The position numbers and the translations under genes are program-made. Of a DNA stretch of 64,000 nucleotides, positions 26,789 through 36,533 are shown in pieces. The notes below the pieces were generated by a model that had not been told where the DNA came from, ran no database searches, and saw only the letters and a program-made list of their open reading frames with translations. Every line of letters starts with the position of its first letter. Within the stretch, counting starts at the first letter, position 1. The DNA comes from Planctomycetota bacterium (GTDB taxonomy: Bacteria > Planctomycetota > GCA-002687715 > CAIWVZ01). Location: contig JBGANV010000005.1 in NCBI GenBank assembly GCA_044222185.1, forward strand, positions 288,001-352,000, written 5' to 3'.

Positions 26789-26900
26789 TGAACGAGTTGA
26801 ACGATTCTATTGGCGGCGCCGCGGACTCAAATGGCATTCTCGCGGGATTCTCAGGGGATGCCTGAGCACGGCGACGCCGGCCATGTGAACGTTTTGAACG
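26789..26900. promoter_or_regulatory. Two TGAACG-N3-TGAACG direct-repeat boxes, candidate operator
   Basis: Hexamer at 26789 and 26798, and again at 26886 and 26895, in the divergent intergenic region. Confidence 0.45.
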
Positions 26901-27048
26901 CAAGAATCGGGCCATGCGCGGCCTGGCGGAGCCCCTGACCGCCTCCGCCGTATGGCGCAGGTCGGTAAACCTTCCCGCCCGCAGTCCAACCGGCAGAATA
27001 CGCCCCGAACGGCTTCGTTCGTCAAGCACCGAAACCCAGGAACCTCAG

Positions 27049-29121
27049 ATGAGCAACCGTCGCAGACTTCCGATTGCCGCCTTGTTCGCATGTGTCGTGA
27101 CCGCACTGCCCGTGCTCGGTCAGGAGAACTTCGAGCTCGGCAAGATGTGGACGTTCGAGAACGCCCCGCTCGACTACTTCGAGAAGGAGCTCGGATTCCG
27201 ACCGACGCAGGAGTGGCTCGATCACGTCCGACTGTCTTCGATCCGCTTCGGGACAGGCTGTTCGTCGTCGTTCGTCTCGCCCCGCGGGCTCATCATGACC
27301 AACCATCACTGCGTACGGGATTACGTCGCGCAAGTGAGCCCGAAAGACAAAGACTGGGTGCGTGACGGCTTTTTTGCCCGATCGCTCGCCGACGAAGTGC
27401 GGGTCCCTGGACTGACGGTTCAACAGGTCGTCGCCATGGAAGACGTCACGGCGAAGATCAACGAAGGCATCAAGGCGGGAGATTCGGACGACGCAATCGC
27501 AGCCAGGCGGGCGAAGAACGAGGCTGCGGTGATGGAAGCGGCGACCAAGACCTACGCCGGCACCAAGCCTCAGATCGTCAAGCTCTACCAGGGCGGGATC
27601 TTCCAGCTCTACGCCTACAAGATCTTCGACGACATCCGGCTCGTGGGCGCGCCCAACCTGCAGACGGCTCACTTCGGCGGCGATCCCGACAACTTCACCT
27701 ACCCACGGTTCGGTATCGACTTCTCGTTCTGCCGCGCGTACGAGGACGGCAAGCCGGCCGACACGTCGAAGCACTTCTTCAAGTGGAGCGTGGAAGGGCC
27801 GTCGGAGGGTGAGCTGGTGTTCGTCACCGGCAACCCCGGATCGACGGATCGCAGTCGCACGATCGCTCAGCTCGAATACATGCGCGATGCGCAGCTCCCG
27901 ATCCGCCGCGCAGGCATCGACCGCCGCATCGAGATCCTCCAGGAGTGGGCAAAGAAGGGCGCCGACGAGGAGAAGGCCGTTCGCACGGAGATCCTGCGAA
28001 ACCAGAACGGACAGAAAGCCTTCCGTGGGTATCACGGCGGGTTGCTGGATCCGGAGCTGATGAAGCGCAAGCAGGTGGCGGAGGCCGCGTTCAAGGAGAA
28101 GGTCAATGCGAATCCCGATCTGAAGGCGCAATTCGGGAACGTCTGGGATCGACTCGAGGAGATCTGCAAGCAGAAGACGGCGCTCGAACCGGCACTTCGC
28201 TTCCAGACGCCCGAGGGATTCACGCTGCTGACCGTCGCATGCCAGATCGTGCGCGCCGCGGACGCGAGCGTGCCGGCCGAGCGGCGCGAGCAGAACAAGC
28301 GGAACGCCATGGCGGTCGACGTCAAACAGTCGCCCTACGACTACGAGACGTACGCGGACCTGCTGGCGCGCGCCGGCAAGTGGCTGCCGAAGGACGACCC
28401 CTTCCTGAAGGCCATCCTCGGCGGCAAGGAGCCCATGGCCGCCGTGAAGGCGATCCTCGATGGCTCGAAGCTCGGTGACAAGGCACAGGTGAAGGAGCTG
28501 CTCGACGGCGGCGCCGATGCCGTGGCGGCCTCCGGCGATCCCGCGATCGTCGTCGCCCGCGTGCTCGCTCCGCTCTTCGCTGCGAATCAGGCGCGCAACG
28601 CCAAGCTCGTGGCTGACGAGGGCGTCCAAGGCGCGCGCATCGGCCAGGCACTCTTCGCCGTGTACGGCAAGAAGATCGCCCCCGACGCAACGCTCACGCT
28701 CCGCCTCGCCGACGGCATCGTGAAGGGTTTCCCCATGAACGGGACCATCGCCCCGTGGCGTACGACGTTCTACGGGATGTATGGCCGCAACGTGGAGTTC
28801 GAGAACAAGCACCCCTTCGACCTGCCGCCCATCTGGCTCGAACGTCAGGCGAAGATCGACCTGAAGAAGAGCGTCGACTTCGTCAGCACCAACGACATCA
28901 TCGGCGGCAACTCGGGGAGCCCCGTGATCAACAAGAAGCACGAGGTCGTCGGACTCGTGTTCGATGGCAACATCGAGAGCCTCCCCAACCGCTACCTGTA
29001 CCGCGACGACGTCCCGCGCACCGTGTCCGTCCACACGGACGCGATCATGGAGGCGCTGCTGAAGGTCTACGATGCCTCGGCGCTCGCCGACGAGCTCATG
29101 GGCAAGGCCGGGTACAACTGA
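27049..29121 (+). CDS. S46 family dipeptidyl peptidase
   Basis: Signal peptide; GKMWT, TNHHC, FGGDPDNF, GNPGST, NDIIGGNSGSPV, GLVFDGN. Confidence 0.92.
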   Translation: MSNRRRLPIAALFACVVTALPVLGQENFELGKMWTFENAPLDYFEKELGFRPTQEWLDHVRLSSIRFGTGCSSSFVSPRGLIMTNHHCVRDYVAQVSPKDKDWVRDGFFARSLADEVRVPGLTVQQVVAMEDVTAKINEGIKAGDSDDAIAARRAKNEAAVMEAATKTYAGTKPQIVKLYQGGIFQLYAYKIFDDIRLVGAPNLQTAHFGGDPDNFTYPRFGIDFSFCRAYEDGKPADTSKHFFKWSVEGPSEGELVFVTGNPGSTDRSRTIAQLEYMRDAQLPIRRAGIDRRIEILQEWAKKGADEEKAVRTEILRNQNGQKAFRGYHGGLLDPELMKRKQVAEAAFKEKVNANPDLKAQFGNVWDRLEEICKQKTALEPALRFQTPEGFTLLTVACQIVRAADASVPAERREQNKRNAMAVDVKQSPYDYETYADLLARAGKWLPKDDPFLKAILGGKEPMAAVKAILDGSKLGDKAQVKELLDGGADAVAASGDPAIVVARVLAPLFAANQARNAKLVADEGVQGARIGQALFAVYGKKIAPDATLTLRLADGIVKGFPMNGTIAPWRTTFYGMYGRNVEFENKHPFDLPPIWLERQAKIDLKKSVDFVSTNDIIGGNSGSPVINKKHEVVGLVFDGNIESLPNRYLYRDDVPRTVSVHTDAIMEALLKVYDASALADELMGKAGYN

Positions 29122-29193
29122 CGCCGTGGGCGATCGCGCGCGTCGCCCGAAGGTGACGCGCGCGCGGCCCGCGTGCACGCGCGAGCGTCGACC

Positions 29194-30400
29194 TCAATAA
29201 CCGAAGATGAAGGTGCGCTCGGCGTTCGTGAGCCGCGGCCCGGGCGGCGTGTCGACGATGGCTTGCAGGTCCACTTCGAGTCCGGCGAGGGGCGCGAATG
29301 ACGCGGGCAGCGAACCGGCCACGTCCGCAGCACCCGCCGGATCGAAGCTTCCGCCGGCGAGCTGCACGAGCCCGCCGAGATTCAGGAAGATCGTGCCATA
29401 GGGCGGAGCCGGTACCGGATTCAGCGAGGTGGAGGCGAACAGCAGCCAGGCACCGTTCGGAGCCCCGCCCAATGCGATGTGCAGTGGCCTGCCGGGCCGC
29501 AACGGCTCCGTGACCGCGAGTCGCCGCGAGCGGTTGATGAGCAGGCTGTACCGTCCGCCGGACGGTGCAGTGCCGGAAACGTTCCGGAAAGACGTGAGCA
29601 GATCGACGTCGCCGTCGACGTCGACGTCCGCCAGCTGGAAGTGCGGCGCGTCGCTGACCGGCAGCGTGAACGTGCCGATGGTGGCCCCGCCCAGATCGGT
29701 CGTCGCGTAACCCGAGGCGGTGATCGTGTCGAGGTCGCCATCCAGGTCGAAGTCGAACGATCGGACTTCGGAGGCCGGATACCGTGCGGAGATTCCCGTG
29801 AGAACCTGCCCGACGAGCGCCCAGCTTCCAACCGGCGATTGCTGATAGAGGCGATCGTCGAGGTAGACATCCAGGATTCCGTCCCCCGACAAGTCGACGA
29901 GCGTCGGGGCCACGGCGCTGACCGACGGGAGGCCGGGAGCTGCGGTGAAGTTATTGATGCCGTCGTTCAGAAGGAGCTGCGACGTCGTGGCAGCGACGAC
30001 GAGATCCACGTCCCCGTCGTCGTCGACGTCGCCGGCAACGACGCCGAGCGGGTCCGGAAGGCTCGTCATCGACCACGAGGTCGTCGTCACCGTCCCCGTC
30101 CACATCGGCCGAGGTGAGCCGCAGCGGGAAGGCTCCGGGAGATGCTCCGAGCGGTGCGACCGAGGCTCGCCAGGTGAAATGGCCGAGGCCGTCATTGTCG
30201 GCAAGAAGGAGTCTGGCCGTTCCCCCGACGTCCTCGAACGCTGCGATCTCGAGACGTCCGTCGCCGTCGAAATCGTCGAGCAGGGGCCCGCCGAGCAACG
30301 GCCGACGTGCAAGTCGCCCGAGCGAGGTCACGAACCCACCGCCTCCGTCGTTGAAGCAACCGATGAAGTCGGGGCTGACCTCCTGGTCAGTGACGAGCGG
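29194..30400 (-). pseudogene. Frameshifted/truncated FG-GAP (VCBS)-repeat protein with C-terminal domain
   Basis: DxDGDG repeats are split between ORF 29951..30583 (DFDGDG, DVDGDG) and ORF 29194..30312 (four more), with a frame switch near 30060-30075. No signal peptide seen; 5' end approximate. Confidence 0.6.
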
Positions 30401-30640
30401 TCCCACCGGCGGCCACCCCTGTGCTCGCGCGGCAGCGAGCCCGCTGCAAACCGTTCCCGCGACACGCATGCTCCGCGCCAGCCGGGACCTTCCTTCGCAA
30501 GCCATGATCGTCACCGCAATTCGACGGCCCAGAGGCCGTCGGCGTCCTCGTTCCGCCATGCTGCAGAGCCGATCGAGCGGCACCCGTTTTCCTGAAACGA
30601 GTTTCTCGACCGCGATCGAGTTGGCGCGGTGCCTGGGGCG

Positions 30641-31375
30641 TCAGTTCCGAGTCGCCACGGGCGCGACGCGGCCGTCGACGGCCCCTGCCCGCTGGGCCGC
30701 GGACGATCGGGACGCTTCGGCGGCCTTGCTCAAAAGCATGCGTCGCCACGTCGCAGCGAGTTCGGGCACGCACGCGAGGTCGGCCGCGAGCAGCCACGCG
30801 TCGTTCGCCTGCTCCATCGTCCGCGCGCAACGCTCGATGGTCCAGAACGGGTGCGGTCGAGCCACGAGATCCACGGGCAGCCCGGCGACGAGATCACCGG
30901 GCGCGATCACGCGCGCGTACCAGCCGGGGCGACAGGCCTTCGCCACGCGCGCCACCATGTCGCCCATGCGGAACTTCCGCGCAAGCGTGTGACACGGCTG
31001 CCTCGGATGCGACACCTCCAGGAGCACCTCGCCGATCCGGTAGCGATCACCAAGGCAGACCGTACGCTCGATCAGTCCATCGACGACGAGGTTCTCGCCG
31101 AAGGACCCGTATTCGAGCGCCGGTATCCCAAGCTCGTCGCGCCAGGTCGTGTAGTGGGCCGCCGCGTACATGAGCACGGCCTTGTCCGGACCGCCGTGGC
31201 TCGCGCTCACGTGGCCGTCGCCTGCGAGCCCCGTCACCGAAAGATGCACGGCGCCGCTGACCGCCGTCTTGTGGATCCCGCTCGTCCACGGCTGGTCGAA
31301 CGGGTCGGACGCTCCCTCGAACCCGAGCCGGCGCGGTTGACCCACCTGGATGGAAAGGAGCGTCGCAGTCGTCAT
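30641..31375 (-). CDS. yiiM: MOSC domain protein with 3-alpha tail (YiiM-like)
   Basis: HGGPDKAV, GSFGENL, LEVSHPRQPC, GWYARVI. Start chosen at MTTATLLSIQVG after GGGGAG. Confidence 0.85.
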   Translation of the reverse strand: MTTATLLSIQVGQPRRLGFEGASDPFDQPWTSGIHKTAVSGAVHLSVTGLAGDGHVSASHGGPDKAVLMYAAAHYTTWRDELGIPALEYGSFGENLVVDGLIERTVCLGDRYRIGEVLLEVSHPRQPCHTLARKFRMGDMVARVAKACRPGWYARVIAPGDLVAGLPVDLVARPHPFWTIERCARTMEQANDAWLLAADLACVPELAATWRRMLLSKAAEASRSSAAQRAGAVDGRVAPVATRN

Positions 31376-31493
31376 CTTCTCCCCTATCGGCGCGGGACTG
31401 TAGCGCAGCGCACCCCGTCGTTTGCTTGCGGGCTTTCGGGCTTGGCCGTAAGAACGCAGGCCCCGCTGGTCGAAAACAGCGTCGAAGCCGATC

Positions 31494-33656
31494 GTGGCCG
31501 CCCGCGAGCCCCCGCCCACCGAGCCCATGCGAAAGCCCGAGAGAAACGCCCCGGCCGCACCGCCACCGGTGACACCGTCACCGGCTCCGCCGGCGCTCCC
31601 AGCCGACGGCCGGGTTCGAGGGCTCGTGTCCTGGTCGATGAGCGGACTCTTCGTCGCGTTCATCTTCGCCGTGGGGATCACCGACGTGGCTTCGCCCGTG
31701 GCTCTACCCAAGCTCGCCGGGGATGAGGCTGCACGAGAGGAGACGCGGCGCGAGGCCGCGCGGGGCTGGAACGGGTTCTTCGACGGCTCCATGGCGGATC
31801 TCTTCGGCCGCGACCGACGGATGATGTCGCGCGTGCGATCGATCGTGCTTCCGACGTACGCGGTCACGCTCTTCCGCTGGTTCGGCGAGACGAAGGGCGA
31901 GGCCGTCGTCGGAAGCGACGGCTGGATCTTCCTGCGGGACCGCATCGCGCCCCGCTCCGAGCCCCGCGACGTCCTCATCGGGTCGAGCGCAGCCGTCCTT
32001 TCCGCCATGGAACGGTGGCTCGCGGGACTGGGGATCCGGCTCGTGAACGCGCCCATTCCTCGCAAAGCCGTCGTGCACGAAGACGCGCTGCCGCGAGGAT
32101 ACGCTCCGGATGCGGGGATCGAGGCCGAGCTTGCGCGCACGCTCGCGGCGAAGGGCACTCCGCTCGTCGACCTCCTCACCGCGTTCCGCGCGGAGCCGCG
32201 CGCGCAGATCTACAACAAGGTCGACAGCCATTGGAACGACCGCGGCATGGCCATCGCCGCCGATGCCGTCGCCTCCTTCCTCGGCATGAAGAAGCCCGAG
32301 GCCGAGCGCAAGACGGTCATCACCAAGGTCGACGACCGCCCCGAGCCCGGCGACGTCTACAAGATGATCGGGCTGGAGACCGAGGGCGCATCGAAAGTCG
32401 ACGTCGGTCGCACGGAAGTCCTGGAGGTCCTCAACGTCTCCAACAAGCGGCCGGCCGCCCTCACCCAACCGAAGGAGCCCGGGCGCGTCTCGCTCGCCGG
32501 CACGAGTTTCACGGCGACGACTCGCTTCGTCCGATTCCTCGGACACTTCCTGGGCGAGCCCGTCTTCAACGGTGCCGTCCGTGCCATCGGCCCGGTGGAG
32601 CCGCTCCGGCGACTCCTGGCGCTGATGCGTGAGAAGCCGCGGCCCGGACGCGTCGTCGTCTGGGAGATCCCGGCGCACAACCTGTTCTGCACGCCGGCGC
32701 CGCTCGCCGGCGCAGGGCGCGTGTTCGACGAGAACGCGCCGGGGAACCTGTCGCCGTTCCCGTTGGGCCGCATTCACGACGCGCTCTGGACACCCGGCCT
32801 GCTCGGGCCCGGCAGTCACGCGTTGTCGACGGCGTCCGTTCGCCGCACGTCGGCGAACGGCGTCCTCATCCACCCCGGTGATGGCACGCTCGCCGTGCGA
32901 ATCACCGGCGACGTGTACTCGGGCACCGCCGAATTCGAGATCGAGACTCGCGACGTCTCCCTGAAATCCGAGTGGCGCGCCGGTGAGAGCGAGTGCGTCA
33001 TCCCGATCCTCTCGCGTGATGTCGTGTCGACGTTCCACCTGGCGCTACGTGCGGCGAAGGGGCGCGCCGACGTGGACGTGCGCTCCATCGAGATCGTCAC
33101 GGACCTCGACCTGGAACGCCATCGCACGGCGAGGCTCGCACCGCCGACCACGTCCGGCGCTGGCGTGGAACAGATCGCCACCCTGCATGCGCCGACGAAG
33201 ATCGCACGGTTCTCCGTCGCACGCTTTCAATTCGACCCTGGCGCGAAGCTCGACGGAACGCAGGTGACGTTCGAAGCGCGGTGCGCGAATGGCGACTCCC
33301 GTGCAGTGACGTTGCCCGTCCTGAGACCCGACGGCGGCACGGGAACGGCTGTCGGCGCGGGCGCGACGGTGATCCTGTCGCTCTCGACACTCGAAGGCGC
33401 CGAGCTGGTGTCCCTCGTCGTACGCACCGACGGCGGCGCGACTCCGAAACTGCTCGAGTCGGCGGACTACCTGCCGAAGGCCGGAGCCACGTCGGCGTCG
33501 TCGCGGCCGTCGTCCCGCCCCGGATCCCGTCCGGCGTCGCGGCCGGCGTCGCGACCAGCGTCTCGGCCGGACACGACGAAGAAGCCGGCCGCGTCGAAGC
33601 CAGCCGCGCAGCCGAAGGCGCCGGCGTCTCGACCCGCTCCTACGAAGCCCAAGTGA
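31494..33656 (+). CDS. AlgX/AlgJ-like SGNH O-acetyltransferase-family protein with C-terminal extension
   Basis: N-terminal TM; AVVGSDGWIFL, PIPRKA, YNKVDSHWN..G, LAGTSFT, VVVWEIP. Start may be 31527. Confidence 0.75.
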   Translation: MAAREPPPTEPMRKPERNAPAAPPPVTPSPAPPALPADGRVRGLVSWSMSGLFVAFIFAVGITDVASPVALPKLAGDEAAREETRREAARGWNGFFDGSMADLFGRDRRMMSRVRSIVLPTYAVTLFRWFGETKGEAVVGSDGWIFLRDRIAPRSEPRDVLIGSSAAVLSAMERWLAGLGIRLVNAPIPRKAVVHEDALPRGYAPDAGIEAELARTLAAKGTPLVDLLTAFRAEPRAQIYNKVDSHWNDRGMAIAADAVASFLGMKKPEAERKTVITKVDDRPEPGDVYKMIGLETEGASKVDVGRTEVLEVLNVSNKRPAALTQPKEPGRVSLAGTSFTATTRFVRFLGHFLGEPVFNGAVRAIGPVEPLRRLLALMREKPRPGRVVVWEIPAHNLFCTPAPLAGAGRVFDENAPGNLSPFPLGRIHDALWTPGLLGPGSHALSTASVRRTSANGVLIHPGDGTLAVRITGDVYSGTAEFEIETRDVSLKSEWRAGESECVIPILSRDVVSTFHLALRAAKGRADVDVRSIEIVTDLDLERHRTARLAPPTTSGAGVEQIATLHAPTKIARFSVARFQFDPGAKLDGTQVTFEARCANGDSRAVTLPVLRPDGGTGTAVGAGATVILSLSTLEGAELVSLVVRTDGGATPKLLESADYLPKAGATSASSRPSSRPGSRPASRPASRPASRPDTTKKPAASKPAAQPKAPASRPAPTKPK
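33498..33569 (+). repeat. Degenerate 12-bp coding tandem repeat (xSRP)6
   Basis: Encodes SSRP SSRP GSRP ASRP ASRP ASRP. Confidence 0.8.
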
Positions 33657-33681
33657 GTGCGGGAGGCGCGCGCCGCGCGGA

Positions 33682-34923
33682 TCACGGGACGATCGTCACG
33701 GACCAGGCATTCGACACGAAATCCTCCGGCGCGATCGTCAGGTACGCGAACTGGATCGTCGCGCCGATCGCGACCGACGGGATGAATCCCGGTGGCACGA
33801 GCAGGACTGCATTCGAGTCGCCGATGTCGCTGAAGAAGCTGTAGGAGTTCGGGAAGAACGCCGAGTCCGCCAACTCGACCGAAAGCTGGGTCACCGCATC
33901 GATGTTCAGCGGGAGCGTCAGGGAGCCGATGGGGGTTCCCGGAACGGAGCCCGAAGCGGACGCCGCCAGGATGTAGTTCTTGAATTGATTGGCCGTGCCG
34001 GCGCGGAGCGAGAAGAAGACCGACCCGCCGGATGCGGAAACCGTCGAGGCGTTCGCCACGAGCGGCAGCAGCGTGTTGAAGCCGCGGATCTGGAAGAGGG
34101 AGAACGTCAGCCAGTCCGTGATGAACAGGTCGCGGGTGATCGGGTCGAACGCCATGCCCACCTGCATGGGAAAGTTCGTGATCAGATCGTGCAACTGGGG
34201 CGTGCTCGCGCCGCCGAACGGTTGGCCGCTCGACGGATCGATGTCGATGCGACGCAGGACGGCGCCCGGCCAGGTGAAGTCCGCCACGAGCAGATCACCC
34301 TCGAACGGTCCCGACGGCACGTACTGGAGCGCTTCGATCGCGCTGGATGGCATCTGGGCGAACAAGCTCGCCGACGAGGGCGTGAACGTGCCGTTGGGGT
34401 TGGCCGTGAGCGTCACCGCGTAGATGCCACCGTTCGAGAACGAGCTCACGAGCATCGTGCCGGCGTTCGGCTGCGACGACGGGACGAACGTCATTCCGCC
34501 GGACGTGCCGACGGCGGCCGGCAGCGGAAACTCGTAGACGACACCGTTGACGATCTCACCGAGCTGATTCGTGGGGTACGTCGTGAAGAAGATCACGCCG
34601 TTCGGTCCCACCTCCAGGCCGGCGTCGATGTAGGAAACGACGGCGACGAGCGTCGCGGCCTGGAATCCGACGATCCGTCCCGTGACGTCGCGTATCACGG
34701 GCGCCGAGTACAGGAGGCTGCCCGGCTGATTCCCCGCGCCCGAGATGTAGAGCGTGGATCCGTCAGGGCTGAACTGCATGGCCGATGGCGCGGGCACGAT
34801 GCCCAGGTTCCACAGATGGAACTGGTTGGCGAGAACGAGGCCGGGGGGCAGCCCGAGCTGGGCGACGGCGAGCGATCCGGTGAGGACGGCGACGAGGGCG
34901 AGGCGGTTGGTGATCGAGCGCAT
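33682..34923 (-). CDS. Secreted beta-propeller protein with C-terminal domain
   Basis: ATG 34923 after AGGAG; signal peptide MRSITNRLALVAVLTGSLAVAQ; GMAFDPITRDLF blade; ends FVSNAWSVTIVP. Confidence 0.75.
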   Translation of the reverse strand: MRSITNRLALVAVLTGSLAVAQLGLPPGLVLANQFHLWNLGIVPAPSAMQFSPDGSTLYISGAGNQPGSLLYSAPVIRDVTGRIVGFQAATLVAVVSYIDAGLEVGPNGVIFFTTYPTNQLGEIVNGVVYEFPLPAAVGTSGGMTFVPSSQPNAGTMLVSSFSNGGIYAVTLTANPNGTFTPSSASLFAQMPSSAIEALQYVPSGPFEGDLLVADFTWPGAVLRRIDIDPSSGQPFGGASTPQLHDLITNFPMQVGMAFDPITRDLFITDWLTFSLFQIRGFNTLLPLVANASTVSASGGSVFFSLRAGTANQFKNYILAASASGSVPGTPIGSLTLPLNIDAVTQLSVELADSAFFPNSYSFFSDIGDSNAVLLVPPGFIPSVAIGATIQFAYLTIAPEDFVSNAWSVTIVP

Positions 34924-35155
34924 GGGACGGAATCTCCTGGTTCCTGAAAGCCGGGTTGGCGTCAGCGTGGCCGGATCGGTCGGCAGGGCGCGAGCCCTCG
35001 GGCCGTGACGCGCGGCGCAGGGCCTTCGAGGCTCATGCGCGGGATGTTCGACACTTGAAGCGTCGCAACGAATCGAAAAGTGACAGTCTGCGCCGCCTGC
35101 ATGCGGCGACGACGACCCTCGAAGGCCACGCCACGCGTCGTTAGCCTCGGCCCCC

Positions 35156-35863
35156 ATGTCGCTTCGAGACCGGTTCAAGACGCTGCGGATGTCGCTTGCG
35201 GCGCGAAGCCTCGTTCGCCGCGCCGATGCCACTCCGACTCTGGCGAATGCGATGGATCTCGTCATCGGCCGGAAGCCCTTCCAGGCCGCGCAGAACCGCG
35301 AAGAGATCGCGCCGCTGCTCGAACGGATCCGCGCCATCGAACCCAGACACGTCTGCGAGATCGGTTCCCGTCGAGGTGGCAACCTGTTCCTCTTCACGCG
35401 CGTCGCGCATGCGGAGGCTCGCCTCCTCTCCATCGACATCGGGCTCGACCCCATTCGCCAGCAGGCACACGCCAGGCTCGCGCGCGCGAAGCAGTCGATC
35501 ACGTGCCTGCGCGCCGATTCGCACGCCGACGCGACCCGCGAGGCCGTCGCCCGCTGGCTGGGCAGCGCCTTCCTCGACTTCCTCTTCATCGACGGCGACC
35601 ACAACTACGCCGGCGTGAAGCAGGACTTCGCCGTCTTCTCGCCGTTCGTGAGGCCTGGGGGTCTCATCGCGTTCCACGACATCGTCCCCGATGAACGTCT
35701 TCGCGGGCACACTCCGACGGGGAATTGGGTGGGAGAGGTTCCGGTCTTCTGGCGCGAGCTGTGCGCGGTGCATCCCCACTGCTGGGAGTTCGTCGCGAAT
35801 CCCGAACAGGACGGGTATGGCATCGGGCTCATCCAGGTCGAGGGCGCAGAGACTCGTGGCTGA
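35156..35863 (+). CDS. Class I SAM-dependent methyltransferase (Methyltransf_24-like)
   Basis: CEIGS..GG, LDFLFIDGDH, VRPGGLIAFHD. Confidence 0.85.
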   Translation: MSLRDRFKTLRMSLAARSLVRRADATPTLANAMDLVIGRKPFQAAQNREEIAPLLERIRAIEPRHVCEIGSRRGGNLFLFTRVAHAEARLLSIDIGLDPIRQQAHARLARAKQSITCLRADSHADATREAVARWLGSAFLDFLFIDGDHNYAGVKQDFAVFSPFVRPGGLIAFHDIVPDERLRGHTPTGNWVGEVPVFWRELCAVHPHCWEFVANPEQDGYGIGLIQVEGAETRG

Positions 35864-36521
35864 AGCGGGTGGGCGCCGGGCCACCTGGTCCGACTTCGCG
35901 AGGGCGGCCGCGTTCTCCTGGCTCTGCTTCGCCGTCATGACGTGCCTCGCCGTGCTGAACGAGGAGCGACCCGGGCGCCAGATCGACGACCCGATCCTCG
36001 ACGCGATCCCCTACGTCGCGCGCATCGACGCGTGGAACTACTGGATCTGGCTCCTCGCATGGCTCGGCGGCATCGGGGCCTTGCTTCGCGTGGACCGCCG
36101 CGCGTGTGCTCGCATGCTCCTGAGCTCCGGATTTGCGTCGCTCGCCCGCGGCGTCTGCGTCCTCACGACCGGGCTCGGCCCCGTGCGCGGCGAGGACGTC
36201 AACCTGCGGCATCCCTGGGACTGGAATCTGCGCGCGCACGTCGTCGGCCAGATCCTCGACCCGCTCTCGGTGTTCTTCGACGACTCCGCGCACATCTGGC
36301 TCACGAAGGACCTGTTCTTCTCGGGCCACGCCTGTTCCACGCTGCTTCTCGTGCTCTACGCGGGGCGCCGCAACGGCCTGCGAGCCGCCTTCCTGGCGCT
36401 CCACGGGATCGTCGTCGCCACGGTGCTGCTGGCACACCTCCACTACACCATCGACGTCGTCGGTGGGTGGGCCGCGGCGTCCGTGATCTGGTGGTGGCGC
36501 GACGGGCGCCGCGCGGCCTGA
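35856..36521 (+). CDS. Sphingomyelin-synthase-like (PAP2_C) membrane phosphotransferase
   Basis: TKDLFFSGH and HLHYTIDV catalytic motifs; about 6 TM; GTG start overlaps the methyltransferase 3' end. Confidence 0.75.
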   Translation: MAEAGGRRATWSDFARAAAFSWLCFAVMTCLAVLNEERPGRQIDDPILDAIPYVARIDAWNYWIWLLAWLGGIGALLRVDRRACARMLLSSGFASLARGVCVLTTGLGPVRGEDVNLRHPWDWNLRAHVVGQILDPLSVFFDDSAHIWLTKDLFFSGHACSTLLLVLYAGRRNGLRAAFLALHGIVVATVLLAHLHYTIDVVGGWAAASVIWWWRDGRRAA

Positions 36522-36533
36522 GACGGTCTCCCG

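Noticed and set aside
31376-32179. N-terminal extension of the MOSC ORF (30641..32179)
   Set aside because: It is antisense to the AlgJ-like gene; MOSC similarity and an RBS begin at 31375.
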